A DNA stretch of 63,522 nucleotides, counting the filler, from Asterionella formosa (taxonomy: Eukaryota), in assembly GCA_002256025.1 (NCBI GenBank). It is 5 parts of 5 records of this genome, joined end to end, with 100 filler letters (N's around TTAATTAATTAA, not from the genome) between each part and the next. Parts side by side here need not be neighbours in the genome. Positions count along the whole stretch, not along the records: positions 1 to 12,643 come from NKIB01007339.1; positions 12,744 to 25,374 come from NKIB01007343.1; 3 more parts are not named here. One strand, given 5' to 3'. The notes below the pieces were generated by a model. It was not told where the DNA came from. It made no database searches and worked only from the letters and a program-made list of their open reading frames with translations. How positions within the stretch are numbered: the first letter of the stretch is position 1; each line of letters begins with the position of its first letter. Below, piece by piece: positions 11,734 to 23,559 of the stretch. The position numbers and the translations under genes are program-made.

Positions 11734-12643
11734 GTCTGTAAATAAAAAATATCATGAAAATATGATCAAGGGTATCGTACGCTAAGTGGGACAGGATTTT
11801 CGTATATATGATAATTTTTGGATCAAAAATATGATCAAAGTATCTTGTATCTATGATGATATATTAATATGTTACCGACCTTGAAGTATAATGATAATAA
11901 GAACATTATCATCACACAATGTATATAAACTGATCAACAACATTTCCCATCAATATCATAAACCTTCTCATATTATTTTCACTTCTCATGATCACCCGAT
12001 GTAAATTATAACTACAACGTATCCTAAAACCAGCTCAACTCTATGCTATCATGTGAATTGTTTCATCGTAAATCTATCATAAACATGATCATAATTCATC
12101 ACAAGCATTGTTCAAAATAGATTAAAATGGATCGTAATTTAGCTATCAAGTTAAGCAATGCTATCTATTAATCTACATGCCAGCGACCCAACATTTCTCT
12201 CTCTACTCGGCTCAATGTATATTCCTTTCTTGCTCTTTCTTCCTCTGATTTGAATCGTGTGCGAGGCAGTGCCGTACTGATGCTGCGTCTCTTTCCCTGC
12301 TGTAAGTGTCATTCTGAACTTGCCGACTATTCCGTTGTTTGATTGTTTTTATTGTCCTATGCATGCAGTTACAGTTACAATGAGAAGGAATGGTTTGTTA
12401 GCTAGTCATGTTACATTGACACAAGAACACGCAATTCCATCGTATCCTCTTGCTTCACTTACCACAAATCAATGCAACTGATGCATAAGTCTGTAATAGT
12501 TACTTATCAGTAAGCCAAATTCTTGAATAAGTAAGTTTCGGGTATCCAATGTTGTGGAATAAAACTTACCGGTTCATTTTTGTCATCTTAACTTTGAGAG
12601 AATATAAACGTTTTGTTAGTTTTGTTCCAACAGAAGTGAATAG
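11734..12643. mobile_element. Left end of TIR DNA transposon, inserted into the copia fragment and running to the scaffold end
   Basis: Starts GTCTGTAAATAAAAAATATCATGAAAATATGATCAAG. The first ~160 bp align with 19715 onward. Confidence 0.78.
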
Positions 12644-12743
12644 NNNNNNNNNNNNNNNNNNNNNNNNNNNNNNNNNNNNNNNNNNNNTTAATTAATTAAN
12701 NNNNNNNNNNNNNNNNNNNNNNNNNNNNNNNNNNNNNNNNNNN
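12644..12743. other. Artificial scaffold linker (N-TTAATTAATTAA-N); also at 25375-25474, 38098-38197 and 50812-50911
   Basis: Identical 100-bp spacers with six-frame stops. They separate segments of 12643, 12631, 12623, 12614 and 12611 bp, i.e. in descending size. Confidence 0.97.
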
Positions 12744-12779
12744 CCCCCCGCCCCCCCCCCCCCCCCCCCCCCCCCCAAC

Positions 12780-13410
12780 TACGTCAAGTGCATTGAGAAT
12801 TCAGCAATGGAAGCAAATAGCAAGAATAAAAAGTCTTGAAGATTGGTTTGGGCCTGTTTCCATTGTAAGGATTGACTTTTATTATCATGTTAAAATTGAA
12901 AGTAACATTCCCGGCCAAACTACTATTTTCAGATGCCATCCGAAATAGAATAATGATTCAAAAGCAGGAAACTCTAGTTGTGAATGGTTTGACTGGTTCG
13001 AAGTGCATGAACTGGGAGAAAGGAGATGGATCAAGTTCCTACACACTTGAGTTCCGGCAAAACTACTTCTTTGGGGAAATGTTATTTTCTCCAACACAAC
13101 AACCATTCCCTTAGCGTGTATTCATTCCTTAAAAAGTTCAACTGAAATGAAAATTCATAAACGTATGTTTCTTGCAAGAGGAGACACCTTATGCAATTAT
13201 ACAACTATATTGAGCGTTTTTGAATTTCATAACATGCTTTCGGCAGCATTTGTTGTTCCTGCTTTGAAACCACAGGAATCAAGGAAATCTCTGAAACCGC
13301 AAGAAGTTTTGGAACAGCCAGATACGGAAAGATAATTTTTATGTTGCCATGCCTCCACGTCATTTATGGAAATCAATCGGGTGGGACCAAAAACTAACAA
13401 ACGAATGTTG
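12780..13410 (+). pseudogene. C-terminal remnant of a Plavaka/CACTA(EnSpm)-like transposase
   Basis: Interrupted reading TIFRCHPK*...EWFDWFEV..W....VPAKLLLWG and AAFVVPA...FYVAMPPRHLW. This resembles the IFRAHP-WYDW-PA.LL C-terminus of this transposase class; recognised by eye. Confidence 0.55.
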
Positions 13411-13499
13411 ATTGATGAATATACAAGAATAATATAAATGATAATGATAAAATAGTTTCACATACTGGTTAAGTTATTCGAAGGTTTTCACGAACTACA

Positions 13500-15670
13500 A
13501 TGTCCTAAGGAATGATGACACTGGATGATCCCAATGGTCCATTTTTTTTCTTCTTTTTCTTTCCAAAGAAGTAACCTAAAATGGTCCTTCTTGTTTCGTC
13601 CAAAATTATTTTTCTTCTCCACTATTCAACTACAGTTCGAGATGAGTATGTAAACTTTTTCAATTTGATTCCAGAAGGGCTATCATATCATCAGTTACAA
13701 AATATTTTTTCAAAGTTTTGTCAATTTTGATGCATCCAGAAATTTGGCCAAGAGGTGCATGATTATACCATTTGAAGGGAGCAATTTTTTCATTCATTTG
13801 TTGGATCATGGATTTCACGTCGACAACGCACATCATCCTTCTTGAAAGATGAATTGCAAGGAAGTCGTCAATAGGAGCTCAAAATTTTGTCGATACAAAA
13901 TTGAAGAACGGTTATTTCCAACTGAAACATATCCTTACGAGAATATGCTTGTCGTTGTCACTTGGGGCCAATCTGTTCGAAGATGAAAGTATGTTGACTT
14001 GGTTCCAGGACTCCGTCTCCAAACGGAACTGAGCCCGGTTGCCAAGAAATTTGGTTTTCCCATTCCTTTCTAGTTGCAATAGAGTTTCCAATACTTTCAC
14101 AATTGTAAATGGTCCACATGACCATCCACTATCATCTTCTGGTTGAAATAGCATGGAATCATGTTCAGTGGCCATAATGATCTGCAATCCTGCACTACTT
14201 TGGTACCAGTATAGAAAGATTACGATAAACCAATTTCTTCAGGTGTATGGTATTCTTGTGGAAGATATCCTGTATCGGTGCATAAAAATTCCAATTGTTT
14301 TGTGCATCAAGGAATGATGCAGTACTTACGGGCAAGGTGAACTACTTGATCATAATTTTCATCCAAACTTGCATCTTTTCCTGGATCACAGACTTGACAT
14401 AATCCATCATTTATAGCAAAAAGATAAAGCACAAAATGGTTGTTTTCTTCGCTCTTCATCTGATCTTTTGCAATGAACATCTGATCTTTTGCAATGAACA
14501 ATTAGCACATAGTTACTGTCATGATGAAGGGGATAACAATCACCTTGGTATATATGGCTACGGCTTGTTATTACCCTTTTCTGGGTTCTCATCCAGATCA
14601 AAATAACCTTTACATCAGTTGGATGAAGTTCATGAATTATATAATGGATCATAGAGCAAGGTAATTCTTTCAAGGTCCCAATATGCAAGATCTTTATGAT
14701 CTGAAGATGATTTTTGATACCTTTGACTCCATAAAATACAGAGGCATAATTGCATATTTCTTATGGGGTACCTGTGTAGAAATCTTTCCACAATTTTAGT
14801 TGTCCATACGTTTTCGGCAAACTCAAGGAAAATGCAGTTTGCTTTGGCATAATTACTCTACACATTTCACATGCCGACTCTTCACAAAAGCAGGCTAGCT
14901 GCCTTCGGGATTGTTCTCGATGATTTTACAAAGAAATCCTAATCTTTTTCTTCCATGTATGATTTGGAAAAAGATTCAATTTTTTCTTCAAACTTCATTC
15001 CCGACTCAGTGCATCAACTGCCTTAGCCAGCATCACATCTCTGTCTGCATTGATCTTCTTGAATACGAGGTCTTGATCTAGCTCGGACTTTTTCTTGAAT
15101 ATCTTTTCTTTTAGAAATGCAATAGTTTCTCTGCTTTCATGATGTTCATCTTGATGTTCTGGACAAATAGTGAGACATATTTCTTGGTTTTGCAACTTTT
15201 CAACCATTTCTACTTCAGAAGTGATGCATGTCTCCCACATTTCCGCCGGTATTTTCATTCATCGCATGAATTTGTTCATCAAATGAATGAGAATCACTGA
15301 CTTCTTCTTCATTATCAGCGATTTAAGGAGAATGAGGAGCAAAATACGACACTGGATGGAACTGTGACTCTGAAGGAATAGAGTCTTCATCCGTAAAGAA
15401 CAACTGTTTGGGTTTCCTCTTCGAAAGCAATCTTTCCTTCTTTTCATTCCCCGCCACTATTGTATCGGCATACTTGCTTCATTATTTTTTCTGGAGTATT
15501 ATGAATCTGTTCAAATTCATTTCTTATTTGAGTGCATTCAAAGGAGCAAATCTTCGATTGATTGATTTCATAAGTTTCTTCATCTTCTTTTCCGAAAACA
15601 TAAAGTCGTGTAGTGTAAACAATGGAAGTAAGTCACGTTTCTTGTTTGACTGATCCTTTGCATGAAATCC
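13500..15670 (-). pseudogene. Decayed gene with a Ulp1/C48 (SUMO protease)-like domain
   Basis: Fragments NHFVLYLF...QVCDPG (His and Asp) and LFQPEDDSGWSCGPF (Gln and Cys) lie in C48 catalytic order, preceded by coiled-coil-like fragments. Frameshifted; boundaries approximate. Confidence 0.55.
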
Positions 15671-16571
15671 ATGAAATGCCATTTGGAAAGTTGTCAAAGG
15701 GCCAGAAGACTATGATGTACAACAGTGGAAGGGAAACTCGGAGCTTTTTGCGGCGCTCGTGGAGGTGCAGCTGGTGTGATGGTAACTGAATGTAGTAATT
15801 GTTGAACAGAGCACAGCAGTGTAATATGCATGTTTACACAATACATATGCCAGCATATATATAGCTATAACAAGGAAAAACGACTCGACAATGAACGTGA
15901 TGGCTGGTTGTTGAGGATACCGGTATGTGATATGCATCAATCCATATCACAAATCATATTGTAGTGATGTACATATCAACGCATCCGTATAGTTAGATCC
16001 TATCCACTGTATAATACTATCATATTAACGATGTGGACACGTTCAATAGTAAATACAAGTACAGCATGCCAAATGCAGAAACGAGCGACATGAAAGAGAA
16101 ATTGTAATCAGAATCATTCTATAACTTTAGCTATGTGGACAGTAGTCTGTTACATTTTTGTATATTCTTCCATGCTGAATCTCAATAGTAGATGCAGTAT
16201 CATGTGAGAATTGAAAATGTCAACGAGAACAAGTAGAATGTGTTTGTTTATGGGTTGATTGGTGAGATTGTGAGTTCGAATGCTTTCTTCTCTGTAAACT
16301 CTTAATTGAATGATTATGAACAAAGGTTCACTGCACATGACAATTACTCAAAGAGATAATGATCACTTGACCAACAATTGAAGACGTTATCGCAAACAAT
16401 CATTCCACTTGTCATCGCTAGTATTTCGTTGTTGTTGCAAAAATCGGAGTGATGACAGATGGAAATGACGAGCTAAATTACATTACTTTAGCTGGTACAT
16501 TATCCTATCAAGAAATTCGAATACAGAAATCTAATAGAAACAATGCATAAAATAATTAAATATACGTATTC

Positions 16572-16698
16572 AAAAGGGTTACTATTTAAATTACAAAGGC
16601 ATTTATCAAAATTATTAGATGATATAACGAAATATTATGATCAGATGATCATAATCCTATGATGCATCATGGAAATATGATAGTTTTTATTTGCAGAC
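16572..16698. mobile_element. Right end of TIR DNA transposon
   Basis: Near-identical to 249-374 and ends TTTTTATTTGCAGAC. Confidence 0.78.
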
Positions 16699-17819
16699 GT
16701 TTTCAAAACGCCTTTGGTGTTTCAAAAACTTCCACATCGAATGTTACAACAAACGTAAATTCTCCTCATAGTGTTGATACCGCAACTTCTCTCAACAATC
16801 GTTATACTCTCGTTAATTCAGTATTAAATATTAACAGTGAGAATGAAGATGATGATTCACCTAGAATGGTTGCTGCTACCAAGACCACCCATAATATTCA
16901 ATCTCAGTTTGTTTTTGAAAAACTTAAAGTGACAGACTAAAAGATTAGTTCACAAGCGCTCAAGATGAGCTCACAAGGTCTTCAAGAAATCCACAATGAC
17001 TTTGTACATTGTTACTAAAAATTTTCTTCCGACTGGTATTCTCTTCAAGTCTCATCCTTACTTGTTATGAAGTTTCTTCTGCTTCTGCAGCGATTTCAGA
17101 ACAAAGTTCGTTTTTAGCGAAAATCAATCCTTCTTTTGTCCCAAACTTGTTAGTCATGTTTTCAAAACCAAGAAATTTTGCTTTGAACACGTAAGTGTAT
17201 TATTATCTTTCATTCTTATTATTGATATTTCGTAAATAAGAGGATCTCTCTCACTACACATTCTCTTGCAACTCTCAAAAAAGGTTATTAAACACCTGAC
17301 CATTTCTCCTTTTAGTATCTCTTTTAGACAATCGGTTTTTAATTATGATTGGTTCGCTAATCGATGAATCTCCCGGTTATTTCACTCGAAACAGCAGTCT
17401 GGAAAAGAAGCAGAAAGCGATCCTGAACTTTCAAATTAAATATGGAATGGATGTGATGCACAACTTCCGGATAATTATAGATTGCAACGAACAAGAAAAG
17501 CACGTTTAGAATATATCAACTCTACTTGTGGAGGTATGTGCATTAATAGAATGCTAGAACTGAAATTCAAATTCAACAATCAGTTTAAATCGATTTTAAG
17601 TAAGCCAATTGTTTGTATTGTTCTGCAATTGAAACATTTCTTTTCTTCCCCTTAGTTGTTCTAGCAATTTTGCCGTATTAGTTGGTGTTGCAAAAGATTA
17701 CTTGAACAAGCTTGGTCCCTCGAATTTTTTTTAACATCAATATATCATACTACTTAAAATTAATGTTCACCATAACGTTTCTCATATCGTCGACATTTGT
17801 TTATCATATGATCAATATG

Positions 17820-19500
17820 CATTTATCGAATGAAAATGATATAACGAGAACGTGATCTAGCATACTCCTCTACATCACCCGTAAATACCAATTTCACCTT
17901 GTTCTGGCGTCCTTCATGTTCTAACAAAAAACATAGAAATTTTGTCGTTAGTTCGCAATTGGAGACTATGATCTGTATTGAACCGATATTCACACGAACA
18001 AGCACAGAAAAAATCCCCTGTTTTCTTCTTGTGTGGATTTCGAAAATGCATTGGACTGATTTTGGATGGTAGTTGTCGGGTTAAGTGTATCATGGAAACA
18101 GCCTTCTTCGAACCATCAAACCGCCTGAACTTAAATATTAAATGTATTGTCAAGTTTCTGAAGGAAAAGGAGAAGTTGCCATGGGAAGAATGTAATTCTT
18201 TCATAACTTCTTGTTCCGTAATTAAGGAATTGAAAAGAGGAAAAAGTCCCAACTTGACATCTCATTGGCTGGATGTAGAAGGTTTATGCCTTCATTATTT
18301 TCATTATAAAGGGAATGAAAGCAATGGAGGGCGGGGGTATTCTGTCCAACAACTTCATTATAAGCATTGAAATGGTGTCGATCGAAAATATGTCTTTCCT
18401 TGACTTGGAAATCTTTCCAGATACTATTTTTTGTCTACAGCATTCAAAGAAGATCCAGCCATTTACATGGCAAGACGATTTTGTATTGAAGGGGGTACAG
18501 GTACAAAAAGCATTCTTCTTAACTGCCGCCATTGAAAGTTTTTGGAAAACAATTTATTTCCAATTTCAAAGAGCACCGTAAGACAATGGCAAATCGGTCG
18601 TTGCGGATTAGTTCGTTTCGCAACATTATGGATACGCTCAAGTTTCCTAATCTTGTTTCAACAATAAAGATTTAAACCTTCTGAGAATTATTGAGTCGCT
18701 CTAACTCTGATATTTTCTATTTCATCATTCATTACATTTGATATAAAATTTTAATTGAAAATAATTTTGCGGGCAAGATCAATTCTGCGAAATTCAAGTC
18801 CAATTGACTGCCAGCAATCATGATCGATTAACCACCCTGATCTTCTCGGCAGAAACTTCCTTCCAATTTATTCGTTTAATTTTCATAATCAATTTTAATG
18901 TTTGTAACGCCATCACTTTTTCGATTGTTGAATGGAAACAACCGAGCTTAGTGGAGGATTCTTTGTCACCAGGCACTATTCAATGCAAATTTGCGATGCC
19001 ATTGGGACAAAGTCTCAAAGATAGAGTAAATCTCAATTCCCATGTCATTCATGTGATGTATTGCATTTATCAGTGACTGCTTCCATGTCGACTGACTTGC
19101 AATGTGTCCTGTAACCTTTTCCACAATATTCTTCATTGGATGTCGTGCCAAATACAAACTTCGAAAGCGAATCGTGAAGATATCTGAACAGGAGCAGGTA
19201 TTATTTGAGTCACCACCATAAACCACCTTTCTCCAGCTGTACCAATGATTGTTCACATCCTCCATAATACCTATTCTCTCAAGAACAAATTTCCGGACAT
19301 CTGCACCATTCCCATATACATTTGTTGGAGCAAATAACTTTCGATCATCTCCAGAATGCCACCAGACATCAGCATCTGTTTTCATCTGATGATGTTCAGC
19401 AGGACTAATTATATTTGGTTCTGATTCATTGCTCCCGCCCCTCTTTCGCTTTTTTTGGTCGTTCCAATCCATCTCCATTGCCATTGTTGATAGCATCATC
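17820..19500 (-). pseudogene. Decayed transposon-like ORF
   Basis: Fragment WWHSGDDRKLF..VRKFVLERI..W...TWKQSLINAIHHMNDMGI...TLSQWHRKF resembles N-termini of diatom DNA-transposon proteins. Cys-rich fragments follow and the ORF is disrupted. No catalytic motif seen. Confidence 0.4.
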
Positions 19501-19714
19501 CATCACTATAACTTCTTGTTAAGAAATTTTCGTTGACAATGGCTTACTCTGACTGCCTCCTAAAAGCCTTGTCAATACAAAATCCTTGCTCCCATGGTGA
19601 CAAAGAAGAAATAGCGACGTTTCCGATTTTGGAAGGAATGTCTGTATACTTGCACATGTTGGCCACCTTGAACTTCTAGAATGTTTGGTGCAGAACTCAT
19701 GAGAGGAAGCACCC

Positions 19715-20750
19715 GTCTGTAAATAAAAATATCATGAAAATATGATCAAGGATATTGTACACTAAGTGTCACAGGATTTTCAAATATATGATAGTTTTTC
19801 GATCAAAAATATGATCAATGTATCATATAATTATGATCATGCAGTAAACTTTTACCGAGCTTGAAGTATGATGAGACTATCATAGTTATAATACCATTGC
19901 ATCATATAATTAGATAAACATGGTCATATGATGTATATACTTTTGTCATACATCTATCTTAGCATGATCGTCATTCTCATCGATATCACTGTCTAAAATA
20001 GGATGAAATTGATCGATATTTAGAACTACATTTAGCTAAGAATGATTCTATATCTTAAGTGGCTACAGAATGTTCTACAATGCTCTCATCGCAATGATTG
20101 TTGGTACCGCTTTCACTTCCACCTTCCCCCCAATCAAATTCTGAAGGTTGTTGTACTGGTTGCCTTGCCGTTGTTCCCCTGCTTGCTTTGTTCCATTTAC
20201 TCCTGACGGATCTGAGTTTGCATTTACGCACTATTGAATCCGTTTCGTTGTTCCAATGAGCCATACTAACAAAGAGAAGCAATTCATTGTTAGCTGTTCC
20301 TGTTTTGCTTACACAACAACATACATTTCGCTTCTATATGCCTTCACTTACCACAAATTGAGGAGGTAACTGATGCATATTTCTGTAGAAGAATGTGTCA
20401 GTCGAAGATTGAATGAGAAGCAAAGTATCGATCAATAAATGGGCTCCAACACTGCTGTTTGTAACTTACAAATACTGTTTGTCTAACGTTATCCTGAAAG
20501 AAGCAACACATATGTGTCAGTTTTTCTAACAGTTGTAGATTGATCCAAAGATGACTGATAGGCAGCACTTACCGATTTCTTTTGTCCACATTGATGGTTG
20601 GCCAGTCACCAAATCGGAAAGGAGCTATTGAATCACTGAAAGGGGACCAGTCATTCGATATTTGTAGTCCCAGCAATTGATCATCTTGGCATTTGCTCTT
20701 GACAAACCGTGATGCTATGCACAGCTTGTTGATTCCGCCCTTCTCCATCA
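19715..20750. mobile_element. Left end of TIR DNA transposon (second copy) with a minus-strand multi-exon cargo remnant
   Basis: GTCTGTAAATAAAAATATCATGAAAATATGATCAAG matches 11734. It shares a micro-exon with that copy. The right boundary was not found. Confidence 0.72.
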
Positions 20751-22814
20751 ATTTCACAAATTCTTATCGTGTTGTCTTGTCACTTCAGTTTTTCGCATCA
20801 TGTGTTGCTTGAGATCCTTCATTTCAGGAAGTGGATGCAGCATGACAAGGATCATGAAAGGCATCTGCTCTTGACTTACCATCAATTGATTCCGCCCTTC
20901 TCTTCTAAGCCGCAAGCATCGCTCATTGTGCTTTTTTATCACTTTCGTTATCCGCGTCATCATCTGTGTTAATCCTTCAATTCAGGAGCAAAGTGTATGC
21001 ATGACAAGGAACATGAAAACATGATTTCAAATGTTTCAGCCATGAATACATATTTATAAAGATTTGTAAGAAGTTTAAATGTATATATAGTTGAACATTT
21101 GCATAGTTTGAAACACCCTCATGATACGGCACATCCTGTGTATACTAATATCAATTTTAATTATACATAGTTCAAATATATACAATGCATGATGAGTTCA
21201 TAGTTTTCCACGACCTGTTGAGTTTTTTCAATTTTTGTTGTGTCAATTCTTGTACCTACAAGTCAGTGGCTGATTTAATGAAGCCCCTTAATAAACGGGA
21301 GTCATCACCAATTTTTCAAATGGTCGAAATCATACATTTATGTATATAGACATATTGACCAAAATTCATATGGCCGACCGGTAATACTGTATAATTGCTG
21401 GTAATTACTTCTATCATGGAAATACCACAATAGTGCAGCGGAAAACTGAATATGCTCATGTGTTTAGGATAATTTGATCATATTTTTAAGATCAATCAAT
21501 CCTGATTCTTGAAAATACATGTTGATTGTTCATTTTCTCATCAATGACACCGTTCATCATGTGATCAATATGTTATGATCAAAGTTATAGGATAAATGAA
21601 TCTAAATTCATTGATTAAAGATCATAGTTTATACCGGAGTAGTTGTTGCTCATGCATGCAACCCCTTCCCCCCTGTATACAGTACGGAAGTGATAACCCC
21701 CAAGCTACCAAATTTTTTTATGTCTTGTAAGAATTATCGCAGCATGCATGCATACATGACTCCTACTGGTAGTGCTATATACAATGCGGAAATGATGACC
21801 AACAGGCTACCAATCCTATAGGCCCTGTAGAATTATCGCAACATGGCTGCATATCTAATGAAAGGGCGGGAAGAGTCATCCATGCACCTGTATAGTATGA
21901 AATATGGAAATGATCAAATATAGCTAGTCTGCACAAGGAGCAGAGCATCATATATGCCCTGCTGTTGTTATTTTAATTCCTATGAAATCTCTTGATCTGT
22001 TCTGCGCTTTTTCTCCACAATTGTTTTCATTGGCTGTTTCACTGGACAGCATTCGAGTTGATTGTGCTTCGAACGAAGCAATGATCAAAGTCCACCCCAT
22101 TGCAGAATGGTGAGTCTCACAACTCAGTATCAGCCAGTCGATTAAAATTGGACTGTCTTTTGTGCAACCTTGTTGTGTTTGTACTTGACTTGGCAACTGT
22201 CAGCCAAGAGCAGCCATGGCATGTCACCATTTATTGTCTATACAAGTTTCGAATGCGTTCAGCTATGATATCTTTTGCTCCCCCCCTCATAAACACTATC
22301 TCACAACGCACCCTTGTCATAGATTTTTCTTTATCCTTTGGCTTCATAGGCGGCCCACCAGGTTACTCAATGCCTTCATCTGCAAGGAGTTCAGCCAAGC
22401 AGGTCCACGTTGGCGTCAAGAAAACCTCAAGCCCGATTTTCCTCACATGCTCCACCCATCGAATTCTTCATTGATGAATTCAAGGGAGCTATATTGACGA
22501 CATCAGGTGGCGCAGGCTTGTGTATAGATTGATGATGCTGAAAGCATTGCTTCCTTTTCCGGTAGGTATCTATTTGTCAACATTGTTTGGTTCAATCCAT
22601 TATTATTCCCGAAAGACCAGCAGAAGCAATTATCCCTTTACTTCTCCTCCCAAGAACCTTCATTTCTCTTTCACAATTGTCCTTATGCTAAATTAAACTG
22701 TGCTGCATCCTGAATTGAGTATTTCTGGAGCATGTATAACCGCAATTGGTCTGCTGGTAGCCAGCGATCATGAAGCGCATGTTCGCTTATGGCAGCCTTG
22801 AAACAAGTAAATAT

Positions 22815-23215
22815 AAACGGTTGGGTGCATTGTTTGCTGTGTGCACTGATGTCTCTTTGGTTCATGATAGTCAAAATGGTCAGTCAAAATGGTCAGTCAA
22901 AATGGTCAGATACAGCTAGCGGTGCAAGTGGCAGACAAAGAAGATCTTGAGATATTCACCACCACTGTCAGAGGTAATGAAGCAAGTGTAATGTCATGAT
23001 AGATTCTGCATCCAACCGAAAGCTAATAGAAACGGTTGGGTGCATTGGTTGCTGTGTGCACTGATGTCTCTTTGGTTCATGATAGTCAAAATGGTCAGAT
23101 ACAGCTAGCGGTGCACGTGGCAGACAAAGAAGATCTGGAGATATTCACCACCACTGTCAGAGGTAATGAAGCAAGTGTAATGACATGATAGATTCTGCAT
23201 CCAACCGAAAGCTAA
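22815..23215. repeat. Tandem duplication of a ~190-215-bp unit
   Basis: AAACGGTTGGGTGCATTG...CCAACCGAAAGCTAA occurs twice. The first unit has three copies of GTCAAAATGGTCA and the second has one. Confidence 0.9.
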
Positions 23216-23340
23216 AAAAATAACATACCAGCTCTACTATGGCTACCCAAACTTTAGCCTTCGTGCACCCAGCCATACTGTCAGAACATTTCGTCTACGA
23301 AAATCAGCGAAAGTGTCATGCAGACGTCCAATGATGGGTG

Positions 23341-23559
23341 TGATTGACCAGCTACTGAAGGTAATACACGACCAAGGGTGGAGACTGCCTGCGAGTATTC
23401 TTGTGTTCGAGGCTTGGGAGGCGCGAGTAGGTTGACTGAACAAGTGGCGCCCCCGGGCTGCCAGAAGGTCGACCTGGAAGGGCCTCCCAAGCCGAGTACA
23501 CAAGATTACGAGTAGGTAGACTCCTCCTGAGTATGATTGTTTAAAAGCGACCTCAATCA
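23341..23559 (+). ncRNA. Candidate structured RNA (long imperfect rod hairpin), class unknown
   Basis: Nested helices GGCTTGGGAGGC/GCCTCCCAAGCC, CTTGTGT/ACACAAG, CTGCCTGC/GTAGGTAG, AGGTTGAC/GTCGACCT and GGAG/CTCC, with G-U pairs on the + strand. Confidence 0.4.

Noticed and set aside
11734..16698. One intact ~5-kb TIR element with an ACGT TSD
   Set aside because: An artificial linker lies between the ends and the scaffolds are ordered by size, so the pairing is probably coincidental.
23270..23320. Hammerhead ribozyme (minus strand CTGA...GACGAAA)
   Set aside because: The core reads CTGATTTT rather than CTGANGA, and flanking stems I and III are not evident.
23270..23535. U3 snoRNA or SRP RNA identity for the structured region
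   Set aside because: Only weak box A-like similarity. No C'/D or B/C pairs in place, no SRP helix 6/8 GNRA hairpins and no Alu motif.
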